A DNA stretch of 64,000 bases from Pseudomonadota bacterium (GTDB taxonomy: Bacteria; Bdellovibrionota; FAC87; UBA2466), in contig JAYSWN010000068.1 of the NCBI GenBank assembly GCA_043718025.1, positions 1 to 64,000 on the forward strand, read 5' to 3'. A model generated the notes under the pieces. That model saw only the letters and a program-made list of their open reading frames with translations, had not been told where the DNA came from and made no database searches. Shown here piece after piece: positions 19,625 to 30,391 of the stretch. The stretch's first letter is position 1. Every line of letters starts with the position of its first letter. Both the position numbers and the translations under genes were made by a program.

Positions 19625-20812
19625 ATGCCAATTGGACTACTAGAACACCTCAAACAAGAGATTCAGACGGTCAGAGAAAAAGGGCTCTATAAGTCCGAAC
19701 GTGAGATCACCTCACCTCAGGCCACCGAAATTAAAACCGGCGGAAAAACCGTAATCAACCTTTGTGCCAATAACTACCTCGGCCTCTCCAGCCATCCGGC
19801 CATGGTGGCATCGGCCCAAAAAGCGTTAGATGAATGGGGCTTCGGGCTTTCCAGCGTCCGATTCATCTGCGGCACGCAGAGCGTTCATCGTGATTTAGAA
19901 AAACGCCTCAGCCAGTTCTTGGGAACCGAGGACACGATCCTTTATGGCTCGTGCTTTGACGCTAACGGTGGAATTTTTGAAGCCATCTTATCGGCGGAAG
20001 ATGCGGTAATTAGCGATGCGTTAAATCACGCCAGCATCATCGATGGCATTCGTCTATGTAAGGCGACGCGCTTTCGCTACGCCAATGGCGACATGGTCGA
20101 TTTGGAAAAGCAGTTGAAAGACGCCCAAGGCGCTCGGTTTCGTCTCGTGGTTACCGATGGAGTGTTTTCGATGGACGGCACGCTGGCAAATTTGCCCGCC
20201 ATTCGTGAACTTGCCGACAAGTACAATGCCATGGTGATGGTGGATGATTCCCACGCCGTCGGCTTTTGCGGCCCGGGCGGAAGGGGCACGCCCGAGCATT
20301 TCGGGTTACACGCCAAATTTGAAGTGCTTACCGGCACCTTGGGTAAGGCTCTGGGCGGTGCCTCGGGCGGATACGTTTCAGGAAAAAAAGAGGTCGTCGA
20401 GTGGTTGCGGCAACGGTCGCGTCCCTACCTTTTTTCGAACTCGCTGGCGCCGATGATTGCGGCCGCCTCGCTCACTGCGTTAGACTTAATCGAGAAAGAG
20501 GCGACGCTTCGCCAATCGCTTTGGCAAAATACCGCCTATTTCCGCCAAAAGATGACGGCGCTCAAATTCAATATTGTTCCGGGAATTCATCCCATCGTGC
20601 CGGTCATGTTTGGCGAGGCCAAACTTGCCGCTACGATGGCCGAAGAGCTGTTAAAGTTAGGCATTTACGTGATCAGCTTTTCTTATCCGGTGGTGCCCGA
20701 AGGGCGAGCGCGGATTCGCACCCAGATCTCGGCGGCTCACACTCGTGCGGAGTTGGATCAGGTGATCGGTGCCTTTGAAACCGTCGGTAAAAAACTAGGT
20801 GTGATTTCATAA
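19625..20812 (+). CDS. kbl: 2-amino-3-ketobutyrate CoA ligase
   Basis: [40 protein letters not shown]; adjacent to tdh. Confidence 0.95.
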   Translation: MPIGLLEHLKQEIQTVREKGLYKSEREITSPQATEIKTGGKTVINLCANNYLGLSSHPAMVASAQKALDEWGFGLSSVRFICGTQSVHRDLEKRLSQFLGTEDTILYGSCFDANGGIFEAILSAEDAVISDALNHASIIDGIRLCKATRFRYANGDMVDLEKQLKDAQGARFRLVVTDGVFSMDGTLANLPAIRELADKYNAMVMVDDSHAVGFCGPGGRGTPEHFGLHAKFEVLTGTLGKALGGASGGYVSGKKEVVEWLRQRSRPYLFSNSLAPMIAAASLTALDLIEKEATLRQSLWQNTAYFRQKMTALKFNIVPGIHPIVPVMFGEAKLAATMAEELLKLGIYVISFSYPVVPEGRARIRTQISAAHTRAELDQVIGAFETVGKKLGVIS

Positions 20813-20824
20813 ACGGAGAACTCA

Positions 20825-21847
20825 ATGAAAGCGCTGGTCAAAGAAAAACGTGAGGCAGGCCTTTGGCTTAAAGACGTGCCGGTTCCGGAAATTGGGCACA
20901 ACGACGTTTTGATCAAAATCAAAAAGACCGCGCTTTGCGGCACTGATTTGCACATTCACGACTGGGATCCGTGGGCGCAGAAAACCATTCCCGTTCCCAT
21001 GGTGGTGGGCCACGAGTTTGTGGGGGTGATTGAAAAAGTGGGTAGTGCCGTTGGTGGGTGCAAAAAAGGAGATCGGGTCTCTGGCGAAGGCCATTTGACT
21101 TGCGGAAACTGTCGTAATTGCCGTGCGGGTAAACGGCATCTATGCCGCAATACCGTTGGCGTCGGTGTGAATCGGGCCGGCTGTTTTGCCGAATATTTGG
21201 CGATCCCGGCTGAGAATGCCTTTCCGGTGCCCGACTCGGTCAGTGATGATGTTGCGGCGATTTTTGATCCGCTCGGTAACGCTGTGCACACCGCCCTCTC
21301 CTTTGATCTGGTCGGCGAAGATGTGCTGATTACCGGCGCCGGCCCGATCGGGCTGATGGCCGTGGCGATTGCCCGCCAAGCTGGGGCCCGATTCATTGTG
21401 ATTTCGGATGTGAATCCCTTTCGCCTGGAACTGGCGAAACAATTCGGGGTCACCCGAACCGTGAACGCGGCCAAAGAAAAAATGGCCGACGTCATGAAAG
21501 AGCTCGGCATGAAAGAGGGCTTCGACGTGGGGCTTGAGATGTCGGGTAACGCCCACGCGTTTCGGTCGTTGATTGAGAGCATGAACCACGGGGGAAAAGT
21601 CGCAAACCTTGGAATATTCCCCGAGCCGGTATCTTTGGACTGGAGCCAAGTTATTTTTAAAGGGCTTATCCTCAAGGGCATCTACGGCCGTGAAATGTAC
21701 GAGACCTGGTATAAAATGACGGCGCTTTTAAGTTGTGGACTTAACGTTGAGCCAGTCATTACCCATAGATATAAGGCCGAAGATTTTACTCAAGCCTTCA
21801 CCGCAGTAAAATCAGGGCAAGCCGGCAAAGTAGTTTTAGAGTGGTGA
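20825..21847 (+). CDS. tdh: L-threonine 3-dehydrogenase
   Basis: [36 protein letters not shown]. Confidence 0.95.
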   Translation: MKALVKEKREAGLWLKDVPVPEIGHNDVLIKIKKTALCGTDLHIHDWDPWAQKTIPVPMVVGHEFVGVIEKVGSAVGGCKKGDRVSGEGHLTCGNCRNCRAGKRHLCRNTVGVGVNRAGCFAEYLAIPAENAFPVPDSVSDDVAAIFDPLGNAVHTALSFDLVGEDVLITGAGPIGLMAVAIARQAGARFIVISDVNPFRLELAKQFGVTRTVNAAKEKMADVMKELGMKEGFDVGLEMSGNAHAFRSLIESMNHGGKVANLGIFPEPVSLDWSQVIFKGLILKGIYGREMYETWYKMTALLSCGLNVEPVITHRYKAEDFTQAFTAVKSGQAGKVVLEW

Positions 21848-21865
21848 GTAAAAAAGAGGGGTTGC

Positions 21866-22789
21866 ATGGCTGATATTACTCCGCGCAAAGGTTCGCCGAC
21901 GCAGTTCGCCTTATTCCGAATCCTGACCGCTTTGGCGATTCTTATCGGGGCAATCACAGGCTCGGTCGACGCGCCCATCTGGCTTCGCGTCGTCACCGGT
22001 TCAATTGCAGGTCTATTGCTATTGGGGTGGCGGCGGCGAATCATGGCGGGCATTCTCATTCCCCTACTTCTTGCCAACTTCTGGCTCTCACCGCAATTGC
22101 CCTGGAGTTTATTGGTTCTCAACGCTAGCGCGGGTCTCCTGCTGGTCGCCGTTGCCGAGGGGGAACCCTTTGCGGCGATGTCGAATCGAAGGGCCGAATG
22201 GGAAGTGCCGCCAGCTTGGATGTGGTTCGCGGAAATTCTTTTTTTTGGGGCCGGCTGGTATTGCGTCTATTTGGTTTATCAGGTGGGCAGCAGCGCCGTC
22301 CTTTTTCAGCACGGTCTAATCTATTGGGTTTTACTATTTAGCTTAGTCGCGATTGATGCGCGCTGGATTCATCCAAAGTTCACCGCCGAGCCTCCGGTCG
22401 TTTTTTTTGATGGGGTGTGCGGCTTATGCAGTAGTTTCGTCGATTGGCTCTTTGCCGAAGACGCTAATCAAATTTTTAGGGTGAGTGCATTGCAAAGCCA
22501 GTACGCCAATAAAAATTTAGACGTAGAGTATCGAGCGGTTGAAAATGAAGACCCCACTTCCCTGATCCTTAAAGATGAAACCGGAGTTTATAATAAATCT
22601 ACGGCGGTAATTAAGGTGGCGGCCCGTTTAGGTGGCATGATGCGTTGGGCGGTGGTATTTCAAGTGGTGCCTCGCTTCGTACGCGATGGAGCCTACGATT
22701 TTGTCGCAAAGAATCGCTATAAATGGTTTGGGAAAAAAGAGAGCTGTCGTTTGCCGACCCGATCAGAGCGTAAGCGTTTTTTGATGTGA
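21866..22789 (+). CDS. Membrane protein with C-terminal DCC-family thiol-disulfide oxidoreductase domain
   Basis: N-terminal TMs; FFDGVCGLC; YDFVAKNRYKWFG..C. Confidence 0.85.
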   Translation: MADITPRKGSPTQFALFRILTALAILIGAITGSVDAPIWLRVVTGSIAGLLLLGWRRRIMAGILIPLLLANFWLSPQLPWSLLVLNASAGLLLVAVAEGEPFAAMSNRRAEWEVPPAWMWFAEILFFGAGWYCVYLVYQVGSSAVLFQHGLIYWVLLFSLVAIDARWIHPKFTAEPPVVFFDGVCGLCSSFVDWLFAEDANQIFRVSALQSQYANKNLDVEYRAVENEDPTSLILKDETGVYNKSTAVIKVAARLGGMMRWAVVFQVVPRFVRDGAYDFVAKNRYKWFGKKESCRLPTRSERKRFLM

Positions 22790-23701
22790 TCGCCTCCGCC
22801 AGTAAGGCAGCAATTCAAACTCAAATTCGTACCCTTTTCTAAAGCGAATTTTTACGCACGCTAAACCAATGTGCTCACGGGTAAGGGTTGCGTAGGGAAA
22901 CGCGTAATCTGAACCGTAAGCCTTGTCGCCGAGAATGGGGCTGCCTAAATAGGAAAGCTGGGCGCGAATTTGGTGGGTTCGGCCGGTGTGAAGCTGAAGC
23001 GTGAGCTCGTAAAGCTTTTCGGCCGGAGCCATTGCTTCGGCCTCCATCGTTGGTGAAAGGTAGGCGAACTTATCGCAGGTGTGAGTGGTGAGTTCACACT
23101 TTAACCAGCCCGTTTTCTCTTCTGCGCCCAAGGTTTTTGGGGCCCGATCCGATGGCTCCATAAAATGAGTTTTGCGGCCCGACGAAATCGGTTTTTGCAC
23201 CAACGCTTTATAAAACTTATCTACCTTGTGCTCCGACAGCGCTTTGTTAAACCATTCTTGAAACCGGCCGGTTTTTGCAAATACCACCAGCCCGCCTACC
23301 GGGACGTCGATTCTCTGGGTGACCAAAAGGTTGAGATGCGTCGCCTCGCGCATTTGGTGCAAGACATTTTCAATGCGATTGTCGACGGAAGCAATGGTGG
23401 GGATTCCCGGCGGTTTATCCACGAGGATAAACTCTTCGTGCTCGTGTACCACACACTCTTTCCAGTTGATCTCATCCACCGCAAATCTTTTGGGTTTTAA
23501 ATGCACTCGCAGGTATTCGCCCGTTTCGAGCGGGCGGTCTTCAAGAATTCTTTTCTTGTTTTGGTAAATTGCCCCAAAATGAAACACCATGGCGATCTGC
23601 GCGGGGGTTAGGCCAAAGTGTTGGCTTAAGACCTCGGTTACCGTTGTATTCTGGTTCGTGATGTGGTGACGGACTTGGTGCGGTGGATCAGAGCGTGTCA
23701 T
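22763..23701 (-). CDS. RluA-family pseudouridine synthase
   Basis: VDKPPG, QRID (catalytic Asp), TGRTHQIR, PILGD..YG. Confidence 0.9.
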   Translation of the reverse strand: MTRSDPPHQVRHHITNQNTTVTEVLSQHFGLTPAQIAMVFHFGAIYQNKKRILEDRPLETGEYLRVHLKPKRFAVDEINWKECVVHEHEEFILVDKPPGIPTIASVDNRIENVLHQMREATHLNLLVTQRIDVPVGGLVVFAKTGRFQEWFNKALSEHKVDKFYKALVQKPISSGRKTHFMEPSDRAPKTLGAEEKTGWLKCELTTHTCDKFAYLSPTMEAEAMAPAEKLYELTLQLHTGRTHQIRAQLSYLGSPILGDKAYGSDYAFPYATLTREHIGLACVKIRFRKGYEFEFELLPYWRRRSHQKTLTL

Positions 23702-25748
23702 TCTCGGTCAACTGACTTTCTTCGGCTAACTCTCCGCCATCATGCAGAACTAGCGGTAGAATAACCATGGCGAGTCCGGCAAAACGGATCTGCCTTTGAA
23801 TGGCGTAAGCCGTTTCATTGTGTAGAATTTTATCGAACCAAGTTGGCTTTTCGAATACCAACTCGCCGGCAAAAAAGATCGCGTGGGGATACTGGCGCGA
23901 CAACTCGACGCAGAGGTTCGAGGCCTCGTAAACCACGTCAGTTCCGCTTTTAAAAGCGTAGCGGGCTGGTAAGCCAAGCCGATTCGATATCGCGACGTAG
24001 CTCGAAAGTGACTCTTCGGTGCGGCGCTCGAGAGATTCCACTTCGCCGCGTTTAAAAAACTCAGAATTGATCACGCCCACCGACAGAAACACCACGTTGT
24101 GAAAGGTGTTCGGAAAAAACCTTAGCACGGCCAATAAACTACGCCGGCCCAAACGGCTATAACCGCCCACCAAAATGACGGCGGTGGGTTTTTTGGCATC
24201 AAAATCGGGAAGAGGCCTGTTCTTAATCTCGGCCAACTGCGGCGACGGCACTACCACTTTCATTATGCGTGATTCAATGTGCTTAATCCGCTGGGCAATA
24301 AATTTGTAATGATTGCGAATCATTACGCAGATGCCGATGCAGCATCCGGTAATGACCATGGTCAACCAACCGCCTTGGGCAAATTTATCGACGAGCATCA
24401 CCAGTAAGATCGAAAAGCAGAGCAAAAATCCCAGCGAATGTACCGCAATATTCTTCTTCCAATCCAGATGCTCAAACCGAGTGGTGTAGGTGTGTTTGAT
24501 CATCGATGCCAACGAGATAGAAAAGGTGATGAAAACGTTGATCGAGTACATCACAACCAGGGTGCCGATATGCCCTTGGGTGGCGATTAGCAGTAAAATG
24601 GCGCCGGCACCCATAAGAAAAATACCATTGTGCATCGTGAGTCGGTCGGTGAGACTTGAGAACCGCCGCGGCAACCACGAGTCAACCGCCATATTGGCCA
24701 TCACGCGGGGGCCGTCGATGAAGCCAGTTTGGGCTGCGATCATCAGCAAAATACTTTCGGACAGAATTAAAATATATACAAACCAGGCTCCCACTCGCCA
24801 GCCGCCAATTGTCCAATTGCCGGCAAAGGCCGTGGCGAGAACTGCGTTCAGCGTCTTACCCTCAATCGGGCGTACATCGTAAAGCATGTAACAAAGTAAC
24901 AAGCCGCCGGCCGTGATCGAGAGAGAAATCGCCAGGTAAAGCATGGTACGTTTGGCCGTGGCCACTCGCGGCTCACGCAAGGCGCCAACGCCGTTGGATA
25001 CCGCTTCGATGCCGGTGTAAGTGCCACCGCCCATCGAATAAGCGTGCAGAAACAGCACGATCATTCCCCACCAGCCTAGAGTGGATTTTCCGGCATTAAA
25101 CCCCGTTTGTGTGCGTTCGAGCAACGGAGCGAAATCAGAAAAATGCAATACGATTCCACCCACGATTAAAATCACGTGAGTCACCAAAAACAGGATGAAA
25201 AAAGGTACCACCACCTTAATCGACTCTTTAAGCCCGCGCAGATTTAGCAGAGTGAGAAAAACCAGGGCCAACAGCTCAACGGGAACTTTATAAAGCTGAT
25301 ACTCAAGCGGCAGTAGACTGAAGATTGCGTCACCACCTCCGGCGATCGAGACGGTGATCGTTAAGATGTAGTCGACGAATAGGGCGCAGCCTGACACCAC
25401 GCCGGCGGAGCGGCCCAAGAGTTGCGTCGCCACCACGTAGCCACCGCCACCATGCGGAAAATGTTCGATCAATTTACTGTAGGCGAAAGAAATAACGGAA
25501 ACCGTAATCCCAGTGGCGAGAACCAGGCCAAGCGCCAGGTAAGAGTGTTGACCCAGAGCACGAAACGCCTCTTCGGGGCCGTACGCGGAGGACGACAGGC
25601 CGTCCACGCCTAAGCCAACCCAAGCTAAAAAGGCGACCAAAGACATCTTATGCCCAAGTTCGGGATCATGCGGGTCGCGGGCCTTGCCTAAAATCCCGTG
25701 CCATATCTTATCGAATAGTGACCGCGGCAGACGAATGATCGGCGACAT
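23688..25748 (-). CDS. APC-superfamily transporter (KimA-like K+/amino-acid permease)
   Basis: DGLSSSAYGPEE, GGGGY, TGIEAVSNG, C-terminal cytoplasmic domain with LHNET. Confidence 0.85.
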   Translation of the reverse strand: MSPIIRLPRSLFDKIWHGILGKARDPHDPELGHKMSLVAFLAWVGLGVDGLSSSAYGPEEAFRALGQHSYLALGLVLATGITVSVISFAYSKLIEHFPHGGGGYVVATQLLGRSAGVVSGCALFVDYILTITVSIAGGGDAIFSLLPLEYQLYKVPVELLALVFLTLLNLRGLKESIKVVVPFFILFLVTHVILIVGGIVLHFSDFAPLLERTQTGFNAGKSTLGWWGMIVLFLHAYSMGGGTYTGIEAVSNGVGALREPRVATAKRTMLYLAISLSITAGGLLLCYMLYDVRPIEGKTLNAVLATAFAGNWTIGGWRVGAWFVYILILSESILLMIAAQTGFIDGPRVMANMAVDSWLPRRFSSLTDRLTMHNGIFLMGAGAILLLIATQGHIGTLVVMYSINVFITFSISLASMIKHTYTTRFEHLDWKKNIAVHSLGFLLCFSILLVMLVDKFAQGGWLTMVITGCCIGICVMIRNHYKFIAQRIKHIESRIMKVVVPSPQLAEIKNRPLPDFDAKKPTAVILVGGYSRLGRRSLLAVLRFFPNTFHNVVFLSVGVINSEFFKRGEVESLERRTEESLSSYVAISNRLGLPARYAFKSGTDVVYEASNLCVELSRQYPHAIFFAGELVFEKPTWFDKILHNETAYAIQRQIRFAGLAMVILPLVLHDGGELAEESQLTENDTL

Positions 25749-25865
25749 GCCGGCTTTGTTCTTTTTTCCTAAATCGAGGATGGTTGGCCCCTTGCTGCGC
25801 GGAGTTCAAAAATTAGTGATTGCCCATTATTCCGCCAGCTTGTGCAATTACCAACAAAAAAATGG

Positions 25866-26852
25866 TTAGCGTGATTTCAGCCACGTTTCGCCAAAATCGT
25901 GAACCACCTCGGCGGCCGGAAGCACTTTATGGATGGTGGCCACGCTTTTTCCGGCCTGCCAGAAATCTAGGTACCCCAGCCCTTTTAACGATGCTTTCTT
26001 CAATGTCCGAAAGGAACGCAGGCTGTAATAAAGGCGAATCCAATGTTTGGTTCTCGGATGTTTGAGTAACCAGCGCGAAATTGGCCCAGCGGTAGTCCCA
26101 AATTTCTTTACCGATGCCGTGGCAATGACTGAAACCGGAACGCCGGTGAGCCGCTCCGTGAGTATGATGTCGGACTCTTTGGCGTCGATGATCGCCTTTT
26201 TGTAATCATCGTGGGCAGTGCACTCTAGGGTAGCAATAAAGCGCGTTCCCATTTGCACGGCCGAATAACCTTGATTTAACGCCTGCATAAATCCTTGGGC
26301 GTCTCCCACTCCGCCGGCGCTAATTAAGGGAACTTTTAAGGACGCCAGATCTTGGAATAGTTCTTCGGGAGATTTGATACCGGCGTGGCCGCCCGCCCGG
26401 CGGTTTACGCAGATCAATCCGTCAACTCCGGCGGCCAAGGCTTTTTCAGCCCATTTGCGCTCGGTGACATCATGAAAGACCAAACCACCCATGGGTTTGA
26501 CGCGGTCGACGATCCACTTAGGATTGCCGAGCGCGGTGACGAAAAACCGACAGCCTTCTTCTAGTGCGATGTCTAGCCAGGCACGCATTCTATCGAGGTA
26601 AATCTTAGACGACGCTTCGGTGAGTATGTTGAAGCCGTAAGGTTTTGCGGTGAGGGAACGAATGTGTTTAAGCCCGGCTCGCAAATCGTATTTATAGACG
26701 TAAACCAGAGACAAAGGCTGCACGATTCCCAGGCCTCCCGCTTCGCTGACCGCGGCGACCAGCTCTGGGTTGCTGCACGGGTACATTGCGCCGCAGATAA
26801 CCGGGTATTTAACGCCAACTTTTTTCACCCAAATTTCAGAAGGACTCTGCAT
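25866..26852 (-). CDS. Nitronate monooxygenase/FabK-like flavoprotein
   Basis: AGGLG, AGGHAG, AGGVGD, QMGTRF. Confidence 0.85.
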   Translation of the reverse strand: MQSPSEIWVKKVGVKYPVICGAMYPCSNPELVAAVSEAGGLGIVQPLSLVYVYKYDLRAGLKHIRSLTAKPYGFNILTEASSKIYLDRMRAWLDIALEEGCRFFVTALGNPKWIVDRVKPMGGLVFHDVTERKWAEKALAAGVDGLICVNRRAGGHAGIKSPEELFQDLASLKVPLISAGGVGDAQGFMQALNQGYSAVQMGTRFIATLECTAHDDYKKAIIDAKESDIILTERLTGVPVSVIATASVKKFGTTAGPISRWLLKHPRTKHWIRLYYSLRSFRTLKKASLKGLGYLDFWQAGKSVATIHKVLPAAEVVHDFGETWLKSR

Positions 26853-26917
26853 GGGAGACGTTTAACAGGTGCCATACCTGTTTTCAAACTATGCCGTTTG
26901 CGCTTTAATCAAAATCC

Positions 26918-27538
26918 GTGACCCCTGACCTTGATTCCACACTGTTGTCTGCCCGTGATTTGGGCTATTGCACGGATGGCGGCCATTTTCTTTTTCAGAA
27001 CCTGAATTTTTCCTTGGCGGCCGGGGAGATCTTGTGGGTGCGGGGGCCGTTGGGTTCGGGAAAATCGACGCTACTTCGTCTGCTCGGCGGCACGCAGGTG
27101 GCCAGCTCGGGTGACGTCGAAAGGCAAATGGAGCCCGAGGAAATTGGTTTTATTCCGCAGCTTCGTAATGCCGTGTTTCACTTGCCGCAAACTTTCTTGG
27201 GCATTTTAGAGGGGGAGGCCGGAGATCGGGAATCCGCCCTGAAACTAGAATCGCTCGGTCTACTGGACAAGAACGATTTTTCACTCAGTTGGAAAGCGGC
27301 GAGTCAGGCGATGCGGCAACGACTGCTTTTAACCATTGCACTAATGAAGCAACCGCGTTTGTTGATTCTTGACGACCCGTTCCACGATTCAGACGCTCAA
27401 GGTCAAGACCGTATCAGCTTGGCTCTGGTGGAGTTTTTGGAGGGTGACACCAGCTCAAGTCTCGTGTTGGTATCGGCCACCCCCCTTGATGACATCGCCA
27501 GTTTCGGCATTCCTATTCGACAGATTTCTCTAGGCTAG
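26918..27538 (+). CDS. ABC ATPase-like protein with degenerate motifs
   Basis: Walker A GPLGSGKS; signature ASQAMRQR; Walker B LLILDDP; H-loop His absent. Confidence 0.7.
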   Translation: MTPDLDSTLLSARDLGYCTDGGHFLFQNLNFSLAAGEILWVRGPLGSGKSTLLRLLGGTQVASSGDVERQMEPEEIGFIPQLRNAVFHLPQTFLGILEGEAGDRESALKLESLGLLDKNDFSLSWKAASQAMRQRLLLTIALMKQPRLLILDDPFHDSDAQGQDRISLALVEFLEGDTSSSLVLVSATPLDDIASFGIPIRQISLG

Positions 27539-27618
27539 GCAGTTTAGGCTGACACTCGCGGCAAAATTCGGTTAAAATTAGGGTTAGGTATAGACGCATC
27601 ACAACATTGGAGTGGCTC

Positions 27619-27822
27619 ATGGAAATTACCTTTTACGATGTGAAAACCCGCGCCAAAGTACAAGTGCCGGTGTCCGCAGTGAAACGAATCAAGATTACCA
27701 AGACTAATAAAGATGGCACGCTGCAGATTCGGTATGCGGTAAAGGGTAGTTACGAAGGCCGTACCGTCACCAAGTTCGTGTCGAAGGTCGATTACGACTC
27801 CATTCAAGCGCCAGAAGAATAA
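27619..27822 (+). CDS. Small basic protein, Cc1/DUF5679-like candidate nucleoid protein
   Basis: GGAG RBS; FYDVKTR...RYAVKGSYEGRTVTKFVSK. Confidence 0.65.
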   Translation: MEITFYDVKTRAKVQVPVSAVKRIKITKTNKDGTLQIRYAVKGSYEGRTVTKFVSKVDYDSIQAPEE

Positions 27823-27864
27823 ATTTTTTAATACGAGTTTGTCTCTGGATCTATAAAAGGCGAG

Positions 27865-28521
27865 CTAGCTCGCCTTTCGTATTTCACGGTTAGGGTGCGG
27901 CCAAAGGCGTTTCCATGAGAAACCCATGTTGGCTATGACTTGGATCTTTTGCGAGGCAATGGCTTCGTCCACGGATCGGGCATCTTTAGACTCAAATCCG
28001 GGCGGCACCAATATATAGACCGTCATTCCTTGATAGCTCGATTGATAGACATCAACCGGTTTCCCGGCGGCATGTCCCGCTAACGCGGTCAGCGCTGAAT
28101 CGCGCACGCGTAACTGAAATAGCAACGTCTTCAATGACGTAAAATCGAGCTGCATTAAGTGTTTGCTAAGACGACTAACCAGGTCATCTGACTTAAACGG
28201 TTTGGCAAGAAAATCGTCGCCGCCGAGACGGGATACTACCTGAGTTTTCTCGTGTGAAGGGTCACCGCTGACCAGTACTACTGGGATCTGGCACCAGTTT
28301 TCATTTTTTTTAAGTGCCTCAAGTGCGGCGAGGCCTCCCGTGCCGGGCATCGCAATGTCCAAAATAATCAGATGGGGTGACTCAGTGGCGACCTTGGTTA
28401 GGCAATCATCGCCAGAATTCGCCACGATCACCTCGTACCCCTTCTTCTCTAGAAGGCGTCGCATCATGAACTGGATGCCAGCGTCGTCGTCAACGACCAA
28501 AATTTTCTTCGGACTAACCAT
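27865..28521 (-). CDS. Response regulator (REC + unknown C-terminal domain)
   Basis: ILVVDDD, LDIAMP, VSG, AKP. Confidence 0.9.
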   Translation of the reverse strand: MVSPKKILVVDDDAGIQFMMRRLLEKKGYEVIVANSGDDCLTKVATESPHLIILDIAMPGTGGLAALEALKKNENWCQIPVVLVSGDPSHEKTQVVSRLGGDDFLAKPFKSDDLVSRLSKHLMQLDFTSLKTLLFQLRVRDSALTALAGHAAGKPVDVYQSSYQGMTVYILVPPGFESKDARSVDEAIASQKIQVIANMGFSWKRLWPHPNREIRKAS

Positions 28522-28525
28522 TGAT

Positions 28526-30325
28526 CTAACTTTCCTTCTTCACAAACTCAGCCGCTTGGTTTCCCGTTCGTACAAATAGCGACACCGTTTTCAAAAGTGC
28601 TTTTCCAGAAAAGGGCTTTTGCAAAAGAACCATGGCTCCCGCTTCGCGTGCGTCCAACGCCATATCTTCAATCAAACCGCTCATGGCCAACATCGGGATT
28701 TCGGGAGCAATCGTGCGCAAGGCCCGCATGGTTGAAGCGCCATCCATCAACGGCATCATCATGTCGCATAGAACCAAATCAATCGGTGTTTTGCGTTCGG
28801 CCATGATCGCGACGGCGTCGGTGCCGTCCGCCGCGGTAACCACGTTATACCCCCAGTTTTTCAGCGTCTGCTCCGTCATTTGTCTCACCGACGGTTCGTC
28901 ATCAACGATCAGAATGGTCTCACCGTTGCCCCGGGGCACGGGGAAGGGGTCTGCATTTTCTCGAAATTCAGGATTCTTAATCGCCGGAAACCACACCTTA
29001 AATTTTGTCCCTTTTTGTTTTTGGGTCATCACGCTTAAGAAGCCGCCGTGGGCGCGGACGATACCTAAAACGGTAGAGAGGCCGAGGCCCGTCCCTTTTC
29101 CAATGCCCTTCGTCGTGAAGAAAGGGTCAAAAATTTTGTCGATGATCTCCGGTGGAATGCCGCTGCCGGTGTCTTCGATCTGTAAAAGCACATGGGGTCC
29201 GCTGCTGGCTTCGGAGTTTTGGGCCGACTGAATATCGTCGACGATCACGTTGCTGACGTTGACCGAAAGGCTGCCTTGGGCTGGCATCGCATCCCGAGCG
29301 TTCAAACAAAGGTTCATCAGCACTTGCGAGATTTGTATCTCTTCGCCAATTACGCCCCAAAGGTCGTGTGGGATTTGAACATTGATCTTGATGCCCTTGG
29401 GCAGGCTGTGCCGCAAGATTTCTTCGCTATCACGAATCACCCGAGCGAAGTCCACGTGATCTCTACCCGGTTTAAAACCACCTACGAATAATAATATCTG
29501 GCGCATGATGGCCTGCACCCGCTCGGCATTTTTTCGGATCAGGCTGGCTAAATTTTTGGTGTCATTTCCTTCGGGGTCGTTCTCAATCATCTCGGCGCCA
29601 AAAAGAATCGGAAGCAGTGCGTTGTTCACGTCGTGCGCAATTCCACTGGCGAGGGTTCCCATGCTCTGCAGCCGCTCGGATCGCAATCGTGCGGATTCCC
29701 GTTGTTCTGAGACCGGTTCGACAACTGCCGAGTAGTTGGCGGTCTTACCCTCGCCAGTGCGGTATCCGTGAATAAGCCAGCGAGCCATCTCATTGGCCGT
29801 GCCGGTGGCGTCTTCAATTTCGATTGACACATGTCCTTGGTTTTTCAGCTCATCCCACCACCGGCGCTTTTTTGCCGGGCTGGCGGCGAACAATAAATCA
29901 ATTGAATCATGTTGGGCTAGAGCTTTTACCGGGTAGCCACTGCGGGCCAGGCCTTCGAAATTCGTCGATAAAATTTTTCCTTCGGCATCAAACTGAAAAA
30001 GGCCAATGTGGCGATTTAGAGACGGGGCGTCGGCTGTCTTTACTTTCGTAGAGGTATTCACGAGTTTAAGCGGCGTGGTTTTTGCGGTTTGTGATTGGGA
30101 AGCTAGATTTTCGGTGAGTCGTAAAGTAATCAAAACGAGGAGCGCGCTAACCAGGGTGGCAAGCCACGTAAATGGGATCAAAGCAGTCACGGCTGGTACC
30201 AGTCCAACGCAAACCGCCGCAACTGCAGAGCGGGGTATTCGGCGCAGCCGTTGCTGAATTGGCAAGTCGGAAGTGGGCGCTACCCTAAGTTGTGACTCCG
30301 CCAGATTTTTTTCGATTTTTGCCAT
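28526..30325 (-). CDS. Hybrid sensor histidine kinase (TM, PAS-like, HisKA, HATPase, REC)
   Basis: IAHDVNN, NLCLNARDA, DTGSG, FFTTK, GTGLGL, C-terminal REC; start placed at MAKIEK to avoid overlap with the P450. Confidence 0.9.
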   Translation of the reverse strand: MAKIEKNLAESQLRVAPTSDLPIQQRLRRIPRSAVAAVCVGLVPAVTALIPFTWLATLVSALLVLITLRLTENLASQSQTAKTTPLKLVNTSTKVKTADAPSLNRHIGLFQFDAEGKILSTNFEGLARSGYPVKALAQHDSIDLLFAASPAKKRRWWDELKNQGHVSIEIEDATGTANEMARWLIHGYRTGEGKTANYSAVVEPVSEQRESARLRSERLQSMGTLASGIAHDVNNALLPILFGAEMIENDPEGNDTKNLASLIRKNAERVQAIMRQILLFVGGFKPGRDHVDFARVIRDSEEILRHSLPKGIKINVQIPHDLWGVIGEEIQISQVLMNLCLNARDAMPAQGSLSVNVSNVIVDDIQSAQNSEASSGPHVLLQIEDTGSGIPPEIIDKIFDPFFTTKGIGKGTGLGLSTVLGIVRAHGGFLSVMTQKQKGTKFKVWFPAIKNPEFRENADPFPVPRGNGETILIVDDEPSVRQMTEQTLKNWGYNVVTAADGTDAVAIMAERKTPIDLVLCDMMMPLMDGASTMRALRTIAPEIPMLAMSGLIEDMALDAREAGAMVLLQKPFSGKALLKTVSLFVRTGNQAAEFVKKES

Positions 30326-30391
30326 TTTATACCGGTACCTTTTCCTTTTCGGCTTAAGGCGTGATTTAATTTCGTTAAAAATGAGGTTCCG

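Noticed and set aside
20956..21681. 241-aa antisense ORF and similar shadow ORFs (e.g. 28632-29231, 45383-45898, 52207-52689)
   Set aside because: They lie opposite well-supported or longer genes and have no recognisable motifs
19625..21847. kbl as a CqsA-like or serine palmitoyltransferase-type signal/lipid synthase linked to the lipid cluster
   Set aside because: Canonical Kbl motifs and adjacency to tdh indicate ordinary threonine catabolism
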